Shown: positions 1-11,065 of the stretch, in pieces
Layout: each line of letters opens with the position of its first letter
How positions within the stretch are numbered: the first letter of the stretch is position 1
NCBI GenBank assembly: GCA_945860125.1
Contig: CAMAPQ010000003.1
Coordinates: forward strand, 1-61,625
From: Klebsiella pneumoniae
GTDB lineage: Bacteria > Pseudomonadota > Gammaproteobacteria > Pseudomonadales > CAMAPQ01
DNA length: 61,625 bases
Direction: 5' to 3'
Notes under the pieces: model-generated
Seen by the model: the letters and a program-made list of their open reading frames with translations, nothing else
Databases searched by the model: none
What the model was told of the DNA's origin: nothing
Translations under genes and position numbers: made by a program

Positions 1-166
1 CTTTGACCGATTATATGCATCAATTAAAACAACATTGAACCACCCGCCTTGGCAATCCAAATTTAGTCCCGCAACAATTTAAAAACGGTGTGGCTGACCT
101 ATTAGTCAGCCTCGCGCCTCAATCTATCAGGGGTGATCACTTACAAAAAACTAATTACAAAAACCA

Positions 167-1429
167 TCAATCATTCATATGCTCAATAACAGCATCACCA
201 AACTCAGAACACTTTAATAGTTTTGCATCTGGCATTAATCTTTCAAAATCATAAGTCACCGTACGCGCTGAAATAGCACCCTGCATGCCTGCCAGTATTA
301 AATCCGCCGCTTCAGACCAGCCAATATATCTGAGCATCATTTCCGCCGAAAGAATGAGTGATCCAGGATTAACTTTATCCTGACCTGCATATTTGGGCGC
401 CGTGCCATGCGTTGCCTCAAAAACAGCGACGCTGCCGCCTATATTGGCGCCAGGCGCAATACCGATACCACCCACTTCTGCCGCCAAAGCATCAGAAATA
501 TAATCCCCATTTAAATTCAGTGTTGCTATCACACTATATTCTTCAGGGCGCATTAAAATCTGCTGTAAAAAAGCATCCGCAATAACATCTTTAATAATAA
601 TCTCTTTACCCGTCCTTGGATTGGTCATGACATGCCATGGGCCGCCATTATAAGGTGTTGCGCCGTAACGCTCACGAGCCAATTCATAACCCCATTCTTT
701 GAATGCGCCTTCGGTATATTTCATGATATTACCCTTATGAACCAGGGTAACAGAAGGACGATCTGTATCAATTGCATACTGAATCGCTTTTCTCACCAAA
801 CGCTTTGAACCTTCTCGAGAAACAGGCTTAATACCGATACCACAACCTGTTGGAAAACGAATTTTCTTTACACCCATTTCTTCACGTAAAAACTTGATTA
901 ATTTTGTCGCCTCAGGGCTATCAGCAGGCCATTCAATACCCGCATAAATATCCTCAGAGTTTTCCCTAAAAATAACCATGTCTGTTTTTTCAGGGCACGT
1001 AACGGGGCTGGGGACACCCTTAAACCATCGCACCGGCCGGATACAAACGTATAAATCTAACATTTGTCTTAACGCAACATTTAACGAGCGAATACCGCCC
1101 CCCACAGGGGTCGTTAAAGGGCCTTTAATGCTCACTGAAAATTCAGTAAGCGCCTCTAGCGTTTCATCTGGCAACCAGGTATCTGGCGCATAAATTCTCG
1201 TTGCTTTTTCACCGCAATAAACTTCCATCCAAGCAATAGATCGACGATTTCCATAAGCCTTATCTATCGCATAATCCACTACTTTTCGTGTAACCGGTGT
1301 GATATCAACGCCGATACCATCACCTTCAATAAAAGGGATGATAGGATGATTAGGAACATTAAGAGATAAATCAGCATTGACTATTATTTTATCGCCATCA
1401 GGTGGCACAACAATTTTTTGGTAACCCAT
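167..1429 (-). CDS. icd: NADP-dependent isocitrate dehydrogenase
   Basis: [52 protein letters not shown] motifs; start set at ATG 1429 (MGYQKI). Confidence 0.97.
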   Translation of the reverse strand: MGYQKIVVPPDGDKIIVNADLSLNVPNHPIIPFIEGDGIGVDITPVTRKVVDYAIDKAYGNRRSIAWMEVYCGEKATRIYAPDTWLPDETLEALTEFSVSIKGPLTTPVGGGIRSLNVALRQMLDLYVCIRPVRWFKGVPSPVTCPEKTDMVIFRENSEDIYAGIEWPADSPEATKLIKFLREEMGVKKIRFPTGCGIGIKPVSREGSKRLVRKAIQYAIDTDRPSVTLVHKGNIMKYTEGAFKEWGYELARERYGATPYNGGPWHVMTNPRTGKEIIIKDVIADAFLQQILMRPEEYSVIATLNLNGDYISDALAAEVGGIGIAPGANIGGSVAVFEATHGTAPKYAGQDKVNPGSLILSAEMMLRYIGWSEAADLILAGMQGAISARTVTYDFERLMPDAKLLKCSEFGDAVIEHMND

Positions 1430-1485
1430 ATTAAGAAACCCCAAATTCCAAGCAAAAATGTTAATCTCAGCGAAAACACAATTAA

Positions 1486-1517
1486 TTAAATAGTTAAATA
1501 GTTAAATAGTTAAATAA
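1486..1517. repeat. 8-bp tandem repeat (TTAAATAG)x4 upstream of icd
   Basis: ttaaatag ttaaatag ttaaatag ttaaataa read directly. Confidence 0.85.
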
Positions 1518-1569
1518 ATAATTTTATTCAGTATACCTGCATATCGCTAAAATTGCTTTATAAAGCCCC

Positions 1570-2061
1570 TTACACGCAAGAAATATTGCAAGAAATATTC
1601 CATTTTTTAGTACTTAAAAAATCATGCTCTTTTGCTTGAACCCATTGAGATTCACCACTTAACATGACCTCTTTTTTCCAAAAAGGCGCATTCACTTTCA
1701 GTTGATCAATCAAAAAATGACATGCCTCAAAAGAGGCGTGACGATGAGCGCTACTCACACCCACCCAAACAACCGGCTCATTAATAAACAAAAAACCCAC
1801 ACGGTGAATCATTGAAATATGAGCAATATTCCACCGATTCTGAACCTCAAGCGCTATCTCTCGCAAAAATTTTTCTGTCATACCAGGATAATACTCAAGC
1901 TCAATTCCTTTTAAAGAATTAACATGACTGCTCTCATCTATAAACTCTCTAACGATACCTAAAAATGTGACGACCGCCCCCACATTGTGGTGATTAAAAT
2001 ATAGCTTATTGATTTCACTTTCGAGATGTATTTTTTCTTTTTGAACATGAATAAAAATCAT
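1570..2061 (-). CDS. moaE: molybdopterin synthase catalytic subunit
   Basis: GAVVTFLGIVR, LEYYPGM, HRVG, SAHR, APFWKKE; downstream of moaC-moaD. Confidence 0.95.
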   Translation of the reverse strand: MIFIHVQKEKIHLESEINKLYFNHHNVGAVVTFLGIVREFIDESSHVNSLKGIELEYYPGMTEKFLREIALEVQNRWNIAHISMIHRVGFLFINEPVVWVGVSSAHRHASFEACHFLIDQLKVNAPFWKKEVMLSGESQWVQAKEHDFLSTKKWNISCNISCV

Positions 2062-2352
2062 TTATCCTCCTGTTACAGGGGGGAAAAAAGCTACTTCACA
2101 CCCTTTTAATATTATAAAATCGTCTTTTACTTTTTCATAATTTACCGCAACAAAAATCATTTGGTTAGGCACACCAAAACAAGACCAAGCGCCACCACGC
2201 AAACTTAAATAATGCTTCATTTCACCTATTGAAACACTTGAAGATGATAGTTTATTTTCATAAATTACCTCCTGCAAAGAAACAATTTCTTCCTTTATAC
2301 CTAACAACTCAGCAAGCGATGCAAAATAAAGCATTTTAACTTTATCTATCAT
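2062..2352 (-). CDS. moaD: molybdopterin synthase sulfur carrier subunit
   Basis: LYFASLAE N-terminus, C-terminal EVAFFPPVTGG; start approximate. Confidence 0.92.
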   Translation of the reverse strand: MIDKVKMLYFASLAELLGIKEEIVSLQEVIYENKLSSSSVSIGEMKHYLSLRGGAWSCFGVPNQMIFVAVNYEKVKDDFIILKGCEVAFFPPVTGG

Positions 2353-2821
2353 GTACCCAATCTCCGCTTTTTCCACCCGTCTTCTCTAATAGCTTTATTT
2401 CTTTAATCACAATGGCTTTATTTAAACTTTTGCACATATCATAAAGGGTTAAAGCCGCAACACTTACCGAGGTTAACGCTTCCATTTCAACGCCTGTCCG
2501 CCCTGTTAACCGACACGTGCTTTGAATATTTACGTGCGCCATGACTTCATCGATAGAAATATCAACTGTGACAGAAGATAAATTCAATAAATGGCATAAA
2601 GGAATAAGCTCAGATGTTTTTTTTGCCGCTTGAATGCCAGCTATTCGCACAGCAGCCCAAACATCACCTTTCTTTACTTTTTCTTCTTTTAAAAGCACCA
2701 GCACTTCATGGCCCACATAAACACACGCCAAAGCAGAGGCTGTTCGTATCGTTTCAGGTTTTGCACAGACATCAACCATGCTGACCTGACCCTGCTCAGT
2801 CAAATGCGTTAATTTAGACAT
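2342..2821 (-). CDS. moaC: cyclic pyranopterin monophosphate synthase
   Basis: LTHL..MVDV, LIPLCH, TGVEMEAL, LYDMCK, KTGGKSG. Confidence 0.97.
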   Translation of the reverse strand: MSKLTHLTEQGQVSMVDVCAKPETIRTASALACVYVGHEVLVLLKEEKVKKGDVWAAVRIAGIQAAKKTSELIPLCHLLNLSSVTVDISIDEVMAHVNIQSTCRLTGRTGVEMEALTSVSVAALTLYDMCKSLNKAIVIKEIKLLEKTGGKSGDWVHDR

Positions 2822-3034
2822 AATCCCATCTTTCCTTGTATATTTTCACGCTATAATTTAATACCTTAATCAATCTTGAAGAAATAAGCAGCTGTAACTC
2901 ACATCATATCCTTAATTACCTCTTTAATATCGTTACTAATGCGCATCAAAAAGCAATGGATAGAAATGGCCTCTGTGAATAACCAATTAAATGTGCCTGA
3001 ATATACTGTCTCTTCTTCTAAATATATGAGAAGC

Positions 3035-4522
3035 ATGATGAAAAAAACCAAAAATAGAAAAGGCGTTGCATTACTTTGTGCGGCGCTCACCATCTTTTCA
3101 ACACACACCCTATTTTCAACACGAACCATAGCAGAATCAGGGCATAACCTACCGACATTAGGTGATGCATCATCGCTGATTATTACGCCAGAACAAGAAC
3201 AAGCTTTAGGTAGAGCCTGGTTAAAAAGCATCCGCTCTCAAATCCCTATAATTTATGACCCTATCGTAAATGATTACCTTGAAAATATTATTTATCAATT
3301 AGGGGCTTCGAGTAAAATTGAACATCGTGAATTTGAAATTCTCTTCATTAATAACGCACAGATTAATGCTTTTGCTGCACCTGGCGGCATTATTGGTATT
3401 AATGCAGGTCTTTTCATACATGCTGCAAGTGAGGATGAGCTCGCTGCTGTTTTAGCCCACGAACTTGCCCACTTAAGCCAAAGACATTTTGCACGAAACC
3501 TTGAAAAGGGCAAACGCTCTGAAACAGCTAGCTTAGCAGCCTTATTAGCAAGTATTGCGCTATTAATTACAGCAGGTGGCGAAACAGGGCTAGCCGCTTT
3601 AGCGACAACACAAGCGCTTTCTATGCAATCATCACTTGCTTTTAGTAGACAAAATGAACAGGAAGCTGATCGTATCGGCATGCAAACTTTAGCAGAAGCA
3701 CATTTCAATCCTAATGCAATGGCACTTTTTTTTGAAAAAATGCAGAAAATCTCCGAGTTATCAGGCCAGACACCGCCTGAATTTTTACTCACCCATCCCG
3801 TCACTGAAAGCAGAGTGAGCGACTCAAAAAGCAGAGCAAACCAGTATAAAAATGTACGAACCTACTCATCAGAACCTAATATTGATTTTCTGCTAATGAA
3901 AGCAAGAATGAGCGCCTCCTATAATAAAGAATCTAACTTAAACATCTCACGATTTAAAGCCAGCATTGAAAATGCGACGAGTCATGATAAAACACCACAG
4001 CAATATGGGCTGGCCTGGGCTTTTTTTAAAGCAAATAAGTATGACGATGCACTCACAGAGCTGGCAAAAATAAGAGCGACCTTCCCAGAAAAACTTACGT
4101 TTGTTACTGCTGAAGCAGAAGTCCTTCTTGCCAAAGAACAGTTTAAGCAAGCAGAAATACTACTAGAAAAACATCTTGCTTTTAATCCTGACAGCTTTGC
4201 TCTGGATTTTTACCTGATTAAAGCAACGACGGCACAAAAAAAACACTTAAAAGCGATAGAGCGACTTGAGAAGTGGACGGTCAAAAAACCTAACCACCCT
4301 TTACTATGGCAACTACTTGCAGACGCTAGAAGCCAGATAGGCGATAAAATAGGTGCTTATACAGCACGCGCTGAACTGTATTTTCTTAATAACCAAATAG
4401 AGCTTGCGCTTGAACAGCTAAAATTTGCCCATGCTACGGCAAAAAACAGCTATGAAGAACAGGCAAAAATAGAGCTTCGCGCCAAAGAGATTTTGGCCTA
4501 TAAAAAAAACCAGCTACTTTAA
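3035..4522 (+). CDS. bepA: M48 family metalloprotease/chaperone with TPRs (BepA/YfgC)
   Basis: LPTLG, INAFAAPGG, HELAH zinc motif, FSRQNEQEAD, LLTHP, C-terminal TPRs; start uncertain (ORF open from 2939). Confidence 0.9.
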   Translation: MMKKTKNRKGVALLCAALTIFSTHTLFSTRTIAESGHNLPTLGDASSLIITPEQEQALGRAWLKSIRSQIPIIYDPIVNDYLENIIYQLGASSKIEHREFEILFINNAQINAFAAPGGIIGINAGLFIHAASEDELAAVLAHELAHLSQRHFARNLEKGKRSETASLAALLASIALLITAGGETGLAALATTQALSMQSSLAFSRQNEQEADRIGMQTLAEAHFNPNAMALFFEKMQKISELSGQTPPEFLLTHPVTESRVSDSKSRANQYKNVRTYSSEPNIDFLLMKARMSASYNKESNLNISRFKASIENATSHDKTPQQYGLAWAFFKANKYDDALTELAKIRATFPEKLTFVTAEAEVLLAKEQFKQAEILLEKHLAFNPDSFALDFYLIKATTAQKKHLKAIERLEKWTVKKPNHPLLWQLLADARSQIGDKIGAYTARAELYFLNNQIELALEQLKFAHATAKNSYEEQAKIELRAKEILAYKKNQLL

Positions 4523-4528
4523 AAACAG

Positions 4529-5599
4529 CTAGCCTGCAACAAAAGAGAGCATTCTATTAAGTGGTTTTATTGCTTTTATTGCCACGTCTTCCGGTACAAA
4601 AATTTCTGTCTCAGAACGATCAAATACTGATAATAAAAGATCCAGATTATTCATCGCCATCCAAGGACAATGTGCGCAACTTCTGCAACTTGCACCCTGC
4701 CCACCTGTAGGCGCCTCTATAAAACGTTTCAAAGGGGCAGCTTGCTGCATCTTATAGAAAATACCACGATCAGTTGCCACGATAAAAAGAGGATGAGGAA
4801 GCGCTCTAGCCGCTTGAATAAGCTGACTAGTTGAACCTACCGCATCCGCTAGCGCAATCACACTTTCAGGTGATTCCGGATGAACAAGCACCCCCGCTTC
4901 TGGGTATACATGTTTTAAATCAAGCAGTGCTTTTGCTTTGAACTCTTCATGCACAATACAGGCAGCATTCCATAACAGCATGTCGGCTTTTGTTCTATTT
5001 TTAATATAACCACCCAAATATTTATCAGGTGCCCAAATTATTTTCTCACCCAAAGAATCAAGATGATCGACCACTTTAAGCGCAATACTTGAAGTAACAA
5101 CCCAATCTGCTCTAGCCTTTACTAAAGCCGAAGTATTGGCATAAACAACCACCGTTCGATCAGGATATTGATCACAAAAAGCTGAAAAATCTTCATACTT
5201 ACAACCTAAATCCAAAGAACAAGTGGCTTCCAAAGTAGGCATCAATACGCGTTTTTGGGGGGTAAGAATTTTAGCGGTTTCACCCATGAATTTGACGCCT
5301 GCCACAACAACCGTTGAGGCTGAATGGGTCTTCCCAAATCGCGCCATTTCTAAAGAATCAGAAACAAAACCGCCCGTCTCTTCGGCTAAAGATTGAATTT
5401 CAGCATCTGTATAATAATGGGCAACTAATACAGCATTTTCCTGCCTAAACCTTTCTTTAATTTTTTCTCTTTTTGCTTTACGTGCCACTTCGTTTTCTGG
5501 CGCAGCAGAAGCATTCTGTTTATGATCAAAAAAAAGGCGATCCCAATTAATGTTAATGAGGGAAGAATCAGCCAATACATCTTTATTTAGCGTATTCAT
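4529..5599 (-). CDS. nadA: quinolinate synthase A
   Basis: LVAHYY, SDSLEMA, ATCSLD, VVYANTS, CIVHEEF, HPES, CPWMAMN. Confidence 0.97.
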   Translation of the reverse strand: MNTLNKDVLADSSLININWDRLFFDHKQNASAAPENEVARKAKREKIKERFRQENAVLVAHYYTDAEIQSLAEETGGFVSDSLEMARFGKTHSASTVVVAGVKFMGETAKILTPQKRVLMPTLEATCSLDLGCKYEDFSAFCDQYPDRTVVVYANTSALVKARADWVVTSSIALKVVDHLDSLGEKIIWAPDKYLGGYIKNRTKADMLLWNAACIVHEEFKAKALLDLKHVYPEAGVLVHPESPESVIALADAVGSTSQLIQAARALPHPLFIVATDRGIFYKMQQAAPLKRFIEAPTGGQGASCRSCAHCPWMAMNNLDLLLSVFDRSETEIFVPEDVAIKAIKPLNRMLSFVAG

Positions 5600-5656
5600 A
5601 CAACAAACCTCTTAAGGTAATTCTATTTAATCAGCACAGAGCTATAAAAATAGAAC

Positions 5657-5783
5657 TATACCCAAAGTAATTGGAATCACGGCGAGGCGGCAAGAGAGAG
5701 AACCCCATGAGCATAGACAAACTATGTGATTGGGGTGAATGAGAGCCGCTAACAATGCCGTGTTTTCAAGTACGAAGAGTATA
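5657..5783 (+). repeat. ERIC/IRU-like 127-bp palindromic repeat, copy 1
   Basis: TATACCCAAAGTAATT...GGCGGCAA...CCCCATGAGCATAG..CTATGTGATTGGGGTGAA...TTCAAGTACGAAGAGTATA; ERIC length and layout; abuts cpoB stop. Confidence 0.9.
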
Positions 5784-6716
5784 TTATTTTTTAATTTGAC
5801 CTAAGTATTTTTTAGCCATGTTAGCCGGTGGCGTATTAGGGAATTTCTTGATAACACCTTCTAGTAATACACGTGCTTTAGCGGGTTCACCCAGCTCATC
5901 ATGAATCATTGCTAACTTATACATTGCAACGGCTGTTTTAGTATTTTTAGGATATTGATCAATCACAACTTGAAAATGTTTTTTAGCTTTAGCTAAATCT
6001 GGTTTCTTAGCAGCTAAGTACACTTCGCCTAACCAATAATGAGCATTAGCCGTTAAAGTACTATTCGGATATTGGGAAATAAAAGCCAAGAGTGATCGCT
6101 CGGCCTCTGGCAGTTTTTTTTCTTTAATCAGTTTTTGACTATCGCGATAAGCCTCTTCTTCGGAAGCAAATTGATCAACTGAAACAGCGGCAGAAGTATC
6201 CTGCGAATTATCATCACTACTCCCACCCTTAGCTGCGCCTTTTTGAGCTTCGTTAATGCGATGATCAAGATCAAGATACTGTTCTTTTTGCTGCTTAGAA
6301 GTCTGCTCAATACGATAATTTAACTCTTCAATCATACCTCTCAACTGCTGCACTTCCTGCTGCAAAGATTCAATCTGTGAAACCATTTCCCAATTAGGAG
6401 AAGAAGCACCCTGAGCAGAGGGTTTTATTGTGCTTCGCGGTGAAGTAGGCGGCAAAGACTGGTTAACAGAAGGCGCGTTATTATCAACTGCTTCGTGATA
6501 CGGTGATGCATTTTCATAAAAAGGACGGCTCGCATCAATTGGCTGAGGCGCATTTTGCCGAGGCTGGCTATAGTCTTGATCCCGAGGCTGATCTAGATAC
6601 TCATTATCAGAAGGAATTTCACGCTCTTCAACTGATAAAGCATGAGCATAAGAGGCGCCAAAAAAAATAACATATACAAAAAATGCACTTAAATAAGAGA
6701 TTGGAAAATGTTTCAT
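5784..6716 (-). CDS. cpoB: Tol-Pal system protein CpoB (YbgF)
   Basis: signal peptide, coiled coil LQQEVQQLRGMIEE, TPR ANAHYWLGE; follows pal. Confidence 0.93.
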   Translation of the reverse strand: MKHFPISYLSAFFVYVIFFGASYAHALSVEEREIPSDNEYLDQPRDQDYSQPRQNAPQPIDASRPFYENASPYHEAVDNNAPSVNQSLPPTSPRSTIKPSAQGASSPNWEMVSQIESLQQEVQQLRGMIEELNYRIEQTSKQQKEQYLDLDHRINEAQKGAAKGGSSDDNSQDTSAAVSVDQFASEEEAYRDSQKLIKEKKLPEAERSLLAFISQYPNSTLTANAHYWLGEVYLAAKKPDLAKAKKHFQVVIDQYPKNTKTAVAMYKLAMIHDELGEPAKARVLLEGVIKKFPNTPPANMAKKYLGQIKK

Positions 6717-6920
6717 GTAATACCTATTCCACGGTTTAAAACAATAGCAGATCTAGAAATAACTCATTCCCTTTGCAGATCAGTCGTTGCGTCTTTATCA
6801 ATTATTAGGGCAACTAATCTGGAAAGGAAATAACATAATACCGATCAATGCAGACAAGAAAAATATAGCGGAAAATAATGGGGGCGATGACTAAAAACTG
6901 TTATAAAAAAACAGCATATT

Positions 6921-6954
6921 AAAAAAGTAAAAGCGCTGTGCATTACACAGCGCT
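6921..6954 (-). terminator. Rho-independent terminator of pal
   Basis: stem AGCGCTGTG/CACAGCGCT followed on minus strand by TTTTACTTTTTT. Confidence 0.75.
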
Positions 6955-6969
6955 AAACTAAAAATCAAA

Positions 6970-7476
6970 TTAATATTTGACTTCTACGCGACGATTTTGC
7001 GCCCAAGAAGCATCATCATGTCCAGATGCAACAGGTTTTTCTTCGCCGTAACTTACGACTTCAACAGGATTAGAGGTAACGCCATTAGCACGCAAGAATT
7101 TAACAATAGCATTGCCCCTTCTTTCGCCTAGTGCAACGTTATACTCACGCGTTCCTCTTTCATCACAATGACCTTCTAAACGAATAGCCACCTCTGGATG
7201 TGCAACAAGGTGACGAGCATGTGCTTTTAACGCTTCGTATGACTCTTCACGTAGCGAAGATTGATCATAATCAAAGTAGAAAACATTAGTTTGTCTCATT
7301 GCTGCTTCAGCATCATATTGCCCTTGAGAAGAAGCACCTGCTGAAGCATCAGTTGTGGTTGTCGCTTGATCGGTTACAGAACCTTCTTCTTCTTTAGGCG
7401 AGCTAGAACAGCCAGCTAAAGAAACTAAAACAGCCAAAGCGCAACAGTTAAGCAATTTAGTAAACTGCATTTTCAT
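6970..7476 (-). CDS. pal: peptidoglycan-associated lipoprotein
   Basis: lipobox LAGC, YFDYD, EGHCDERGTREYNVALGERR, SYGEEKP, NRRVE. Confidence 0.98.
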   Translation of the reverse strand: MKMQFTKLLNCCALAVLVSLAGCSSSPKEEEGSVTDQATTTTDASAGASSQGQYDAEAAMRQTNVFYFDYDQSSLREESYEALKAHARHLVAHPEVAIRLEGHCDERGTREYNVALGERRGNAIVKFLRANGVTSNPVEVVSYGEEKPVASGHDDASWAQNRRVEVKY

Positions 7477-7528
7477 CTCCTTATATCAATGGTTAATTAG
7501 TGCCATACAATTATACCTGATACCCCAA

Positions 7529-8842
7529 TTAATGCAAAAAGGGAGACCAAGCAGGTTCGCGAACTTCACCGCTTCTTGCTGGCAAGCGGAATTTCACCTG
7601 CCCATCAATTGAAACAGCGCTCAGAACACCTTGTCCTCTCTCCTGCGTTGCATAAATCACCATAATGCCGTTTGGTGAGATACTAGGAGACTCATCGAGT
7701 AACGTTTGCGTTAAAATAGAAAACGACTGCTTCTGTAAATCTTGCACAGCAATATGAAACCTTCCGCCATTCTGGTGGACCATAACAAGCTCCTTCCCAG
7801 TAGGGCCAAGCTCGCCTCTGGCATTATAGGTACCAGTAAAAGTGAGCCTTTTTAATTGCCTGGAAGCAAGATCAATCTCATAAATTTGAGGTGAACCACC
7901 GCGATCAGACGTAAATATAAGACTATTACCACTTGGCGACCAACGTGGCTCCGTATCGATTGAGTAATGATCAGTGATTCGATCTAATTTGCCGGAAGAT
8001 AAAGATAAGATATAAATCTCAGGGTTACCATCCTTGGATAAGGTAACGGCCATCCTTGTTCCATCCGGCGACCAATCAGGCGCACCATTAATACCCTTAA
8101 AAGAAGCCAACTTAAACTGTCTGCCCGTATATATTTCCTGAATATAGATAGCAGGCCTACTACTTTGAAAGGAAACATAAGCAATTTTTTTACCGTCAGG
8201 CGACCAACTCGGCGACATTACAGGCTCAAAAGACTCATAAATCGTCTCAGCACGATAACCATCAGCATCTGCTTTTTGTAACCTGTAACGTTTCTTGTTG
8301 TCCCTACCACGATCTACCGTAATATACAAAATTTGAGTGGAAAATGCACCTTTAATACCGGTTAACTTTTCAAAAATAATATCGCTAATATGATGCGCCA
8401 TGGCTCGCAAATCAAGCGAGGTGCCTTTTCTAAACTCAATCGTTTCACCTTTAAATACATCATACAACTCAAACTCAAAAGAAAACTGACTACCCACAGG
8501 CAATACACGCCCTGTAACAAGATAATCCATTCCTAAAACACGCCAATCTTTAAAAAAAACATCCTTTTTCTCAAAGGGGCGAGAAAGCATATTGTCTCGG
8601 CTTAATGGCTTAAATAAGCCGCTTCGCTCAAGATCACTGCTGACAATCTCGCCAATATCTTCCGGCAAAATACCACTACCGAACCAATGAAAAGGCACAA
8701 TTGCAATCGGCGTTGCACTTGATGAACCTGAGGTAATTTCAATTGTCAATTCACGCTCTGCGTGAGCCAAAGAAGACAAAAAGAAAAGTAACACACCATA
8801 ACTCAAAAAAAGACTTGAAAATTGGCCTATTTTTTTAAACAT
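7529..8842 (-). CDS. tolB: Tol-Pal beta-propeller protein TolB
   Basis: PIAIVPF, DLERSG, PD40 repeats ([16 protein letters not shown]), REPAWSP; start approximate. Confidence 0.97.
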   Translation of the reverse strand: MFKKIGQFSSLFLSYGVLLFFLSSLAHAERELTIEITSGSSSATPIAIVPFHWFGSGILPEDIGEIVSSDLERSGLFKPLSRDNMLSRPFEKKDVFFKDWRVLGMDYLVTGRVLPVGSQFSFEFELYDVFKGETIEFRKGTSLDLRAMAHHISDIIFEKLTGIKGAFSTQILYITVDRGRDNKKRYRLQKADADGYRAETIYESFEPVMSPSWSPDGKKIAYVSFQSSRPAIYIQEIYTGRQFKLASFKGINGAPDWSPDGTRMAVTLSKDGNPEIYILSLSSGKLDRITDHYSIDTEPRWSPSGNSLIFTSDRGGSPQIYEIDLASRQLKRLTFTGTYNARGELGPTGKELVMVHQNGGRFHIAVQDLQKQSFSILTQTLLDESPSISPNGIMVIYATQERGQGVLSAVSIDGQVKFRLPARSGEVREPAWSPFLH

Positions 8843-8982
8843 ACTTGTAACCCACACGATCACATACCTCAAAAAACGTAAACTTAATAAAGTATCAAGC
8901 TAATACAATTGTTATATTCTAGAATCATTAAAATAGCACGTTGCAACGAAAAGAAAAGTGCCGCTTATTAAAAATAAAAAAA

Positions 8983-9840
8983 TTAAAAATCATCTGGGTT
9001 AAAAACTAAAAGCAACTTACGAAAATTTCGATCAAAAATATCGCGATCTTTTGGAACAGGTAAAATATGGGCTCTTTGCACCGCAACAATAGCAGAACGA
9101 TCAAAGGCATTATTTCCACTGGATGTCACAACATCGACAGAAAACACCTCACCACCAGGTAACATCGCTATTCTCAACGTGACTTGAAGCGATTCACGCA
9201 CGCTAGCAGGTTTCACCCAACTTCTTTCAATCGCCTGACGGATTAAAATTGAATATTCATCAACCTCGTCCTGACTTTCCTGTTCTCTTTCAGCATTCTC
9301 CTGAACCTTACGTTTTTTGCCTTGAATTTCATCCTCTTCTGCTTCTAGCAAGGAATCAAGATTATTCATCCCCCATTCCTTTTTAGGTTTGGATTCAGGT
9401 TTTTTTTTTGGTTCTTCTTTTTTCACAACTTCAGGTTTGGCAGGCTCAGGCTTTTTATTTGGCTTTTCAACTATCTCTTTTTGAGGCTCAGGCTTTTTAG
9501 GTTCGGGCTTTTTGATTTCCGGCTTAGGCGGCTCAGGCTTTTTGATTTCCGGCTTCACTTCTGGCTTCGGCGGCTCAGGCTTCACTTCTGGCTTCGGCGG
9601 CTCAGGCTTCTCAGGCACTGGTTTTTGAGCAGGCTTTTCAGGTTCAGCTTTTTTTTTGCGCTTAGCTGGTTTATCGAGCGTATCTTTCTCAACTAAACTT
9701 GCCGCAATAAACTTAGGTATTGGCGGTTTAATTTCCTTTCTTTCCCACTGGAAAAAACCAACAACCGCAATAATGACAATTAAAAGATGCAGCGCAACAC
9801 TTTGAATAAATGGTTGCAAATAAGGTCTTTTTTCACTCAC
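8983..9840 (-). CDS. tolA: TolA
   Basis: N-terminal TM SVALH, low-complexity K/P/E linker, C-terminal SSGNNAFDRSAIVAV; between tolR and tolB. Confidence 0.9.
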   Translation of the reverse strand: MSEKRPYLQPFIQSVALHLLIVIIAVVGFFQWERKEIKPPIPKFIAASLVEKDTLDKPAKRKKKAEPEKPAQKPVPEKPEPPKPEVKPEPPKPEVKPEIKKPEPPKPEIKKPEPKKPEPQKEIVEKPNKKPEPAKPEVVKKEEPKKKPESKPKKEWGMNNLDSLLEAEEDEIQGKKRKVQENAEREQESQDEVDEYSILIRQAIERSWVKPASVRESLQVTLRIAMLPGGEVFSVDVVTSSGNNAFDRSAIVAVQRAHILPVPKDRDIFDRNFRKLLLVFNPDDF

Positions 9841-9930
9841 TACAGACTCTCATATAAAAAAACTAAAATACCGCCACCACTGCAAATCATTCCCTTATCC
9901 CCTCAATACAGGCATACAACTTAACCTGTC

Positions 9931-10371
9931 CTAGATTGCGCTAGGTGGAGGCGACTCTGTAATGAGCCCCACCTGATGCGTACCTGCCTTTTGAAGCGCC
10001 GCCATTACTTTAACAACCGACCCATAATTAACACGATCATCACCCTGAATTAAAACTGGGACATTAGGTTTTTGAGCAAGAATCTTATTAACTTGATCTT
10101 GAATATCTTCAATTGATACAGCCAATTTCTTCTCATCACCCAAATTAACGTAGTAACTCCCATCAGCTTTAATAGAAATAACAATGGGATCTTCTAAAGG
10201 CTGAATAGGTTCGGAAGAAGCTTTGGGTAACTCAACTTTTACCCCTTGCGTCAATAAGGGCGCAGTTACCATAAACACAATAAGTAACACCAACATAACA
10301 TCGATATAAGGCACAACATTAATATCGGCCATTGGTTTTTTCTTGCCAGACCGAGAGATTACACTAGCCAT
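9931..10371 (-). CDS. tolR: TolR
   Basis: INVVPYIDVMLVLLIVFMVTAP. Confidence 0.97.
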   Translation of the reverse strand: MASVISRSGKKKPMADINVVPYIDVMLVLLIVFMVTAPLLTQGVKVELPKASSEPIQPLEDPIVISIKADGSYYVNLGDEKKLAVSIEDIQDQVNKILAQKPNVPVLIQGDDRVNYGSVVKVMAALQKAGTHQVGLITESPPPSAI

Positions 10372-11065
10372 CTAATCCTTCCCCATGCACTTTTCTGTGC
10401 AAAATACTTGAAAACTCATCTGAAAAGGCAACATACATATTCATCAAACTATCACCTTCCGTGGTATAGCGATTATAAGCAATAACAGCTGGAATCGCCG
10501 CAAAAAGGCCAAAAGCAGTTGCGATTAAAGCCTCAGCAATATCCGGGGCAACAACTTGTAATGTTGCCTGATTCTGCGTTGCAAGCGCTAAAAAAGAATT
10601 CATAATGCCCCATACCGTGCCTAATAGACCAATATAAGGACTAACAGAACCTACCGTCGCTAAAAAAGGCAGGTGTTTTTCAAGCTTCTCTTGCTCTCTT
10701 AACAAAGCGACTCGCATGGATCTTTGCGAGCCCTCCATAACTGCATCAGCATCTGTTGCAGTTTTAGACTGACGCAATCTTGCAAACTCTTTGAACCCAG
10801 CCAAGAAAATTTGCGCCTGACCTTGTAACACTTCTCCTGACTGAGAGCTTAACTGCACATATAATCGACTTAAATCAACGCCAGACCAAAAGCGCTCCTC
10901 AAAAGCAATCTGACTTTTCCTCGCTAAACGCAGCTCTTTTCCCCGACGAATAATAAACATCCAAGAAAGGACAGACATGGCAACTAACGTTATCATGACA
11001 AATTGAACTGGCAAACTGGCTTTAAAAATAATTGCCCACGCGGTTAATGGCTCAGTCACGGTCAT
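10364..11065 (-). CDS. tolQ: TolQ
   Basis: [39 protein letters not shown]. Confidence 0.97.
   Translation of the reverse strand: MTVTEPLTAWAIIFKASLPVQFVMITLVAMSVLSWMFIIRRGKELRLARKSQIAFEERFWSGVDLSRLYVQLSSQSGEVLQGQAQIFLAGFKEFARLRQSKTATDADAVMEGSQRSMRVALLREQEKLEKHLPFLATVGSVSPYIGLLGTVWGIMNSFLALATQNQATLQVVAPDIAEALIATAFGLFAAIPAVIAYNRYTTEGDSLMNMYVAFSDEFSSILHRKVHGEGLDG

Noticed and set aside
92-111. GGCTGAC/GTCAGCC hairpin after icd as terminator
   Set aside because: U-tract is not adjacent to the stem; too weak to call
2899-4150. Antisense and nested ORFs over bepA, and similar ones over icd, tolB, ruvAB, tamAB, MBOAT and pilC
   Set aside because: Shadow frames of well-supported genes with no motifs
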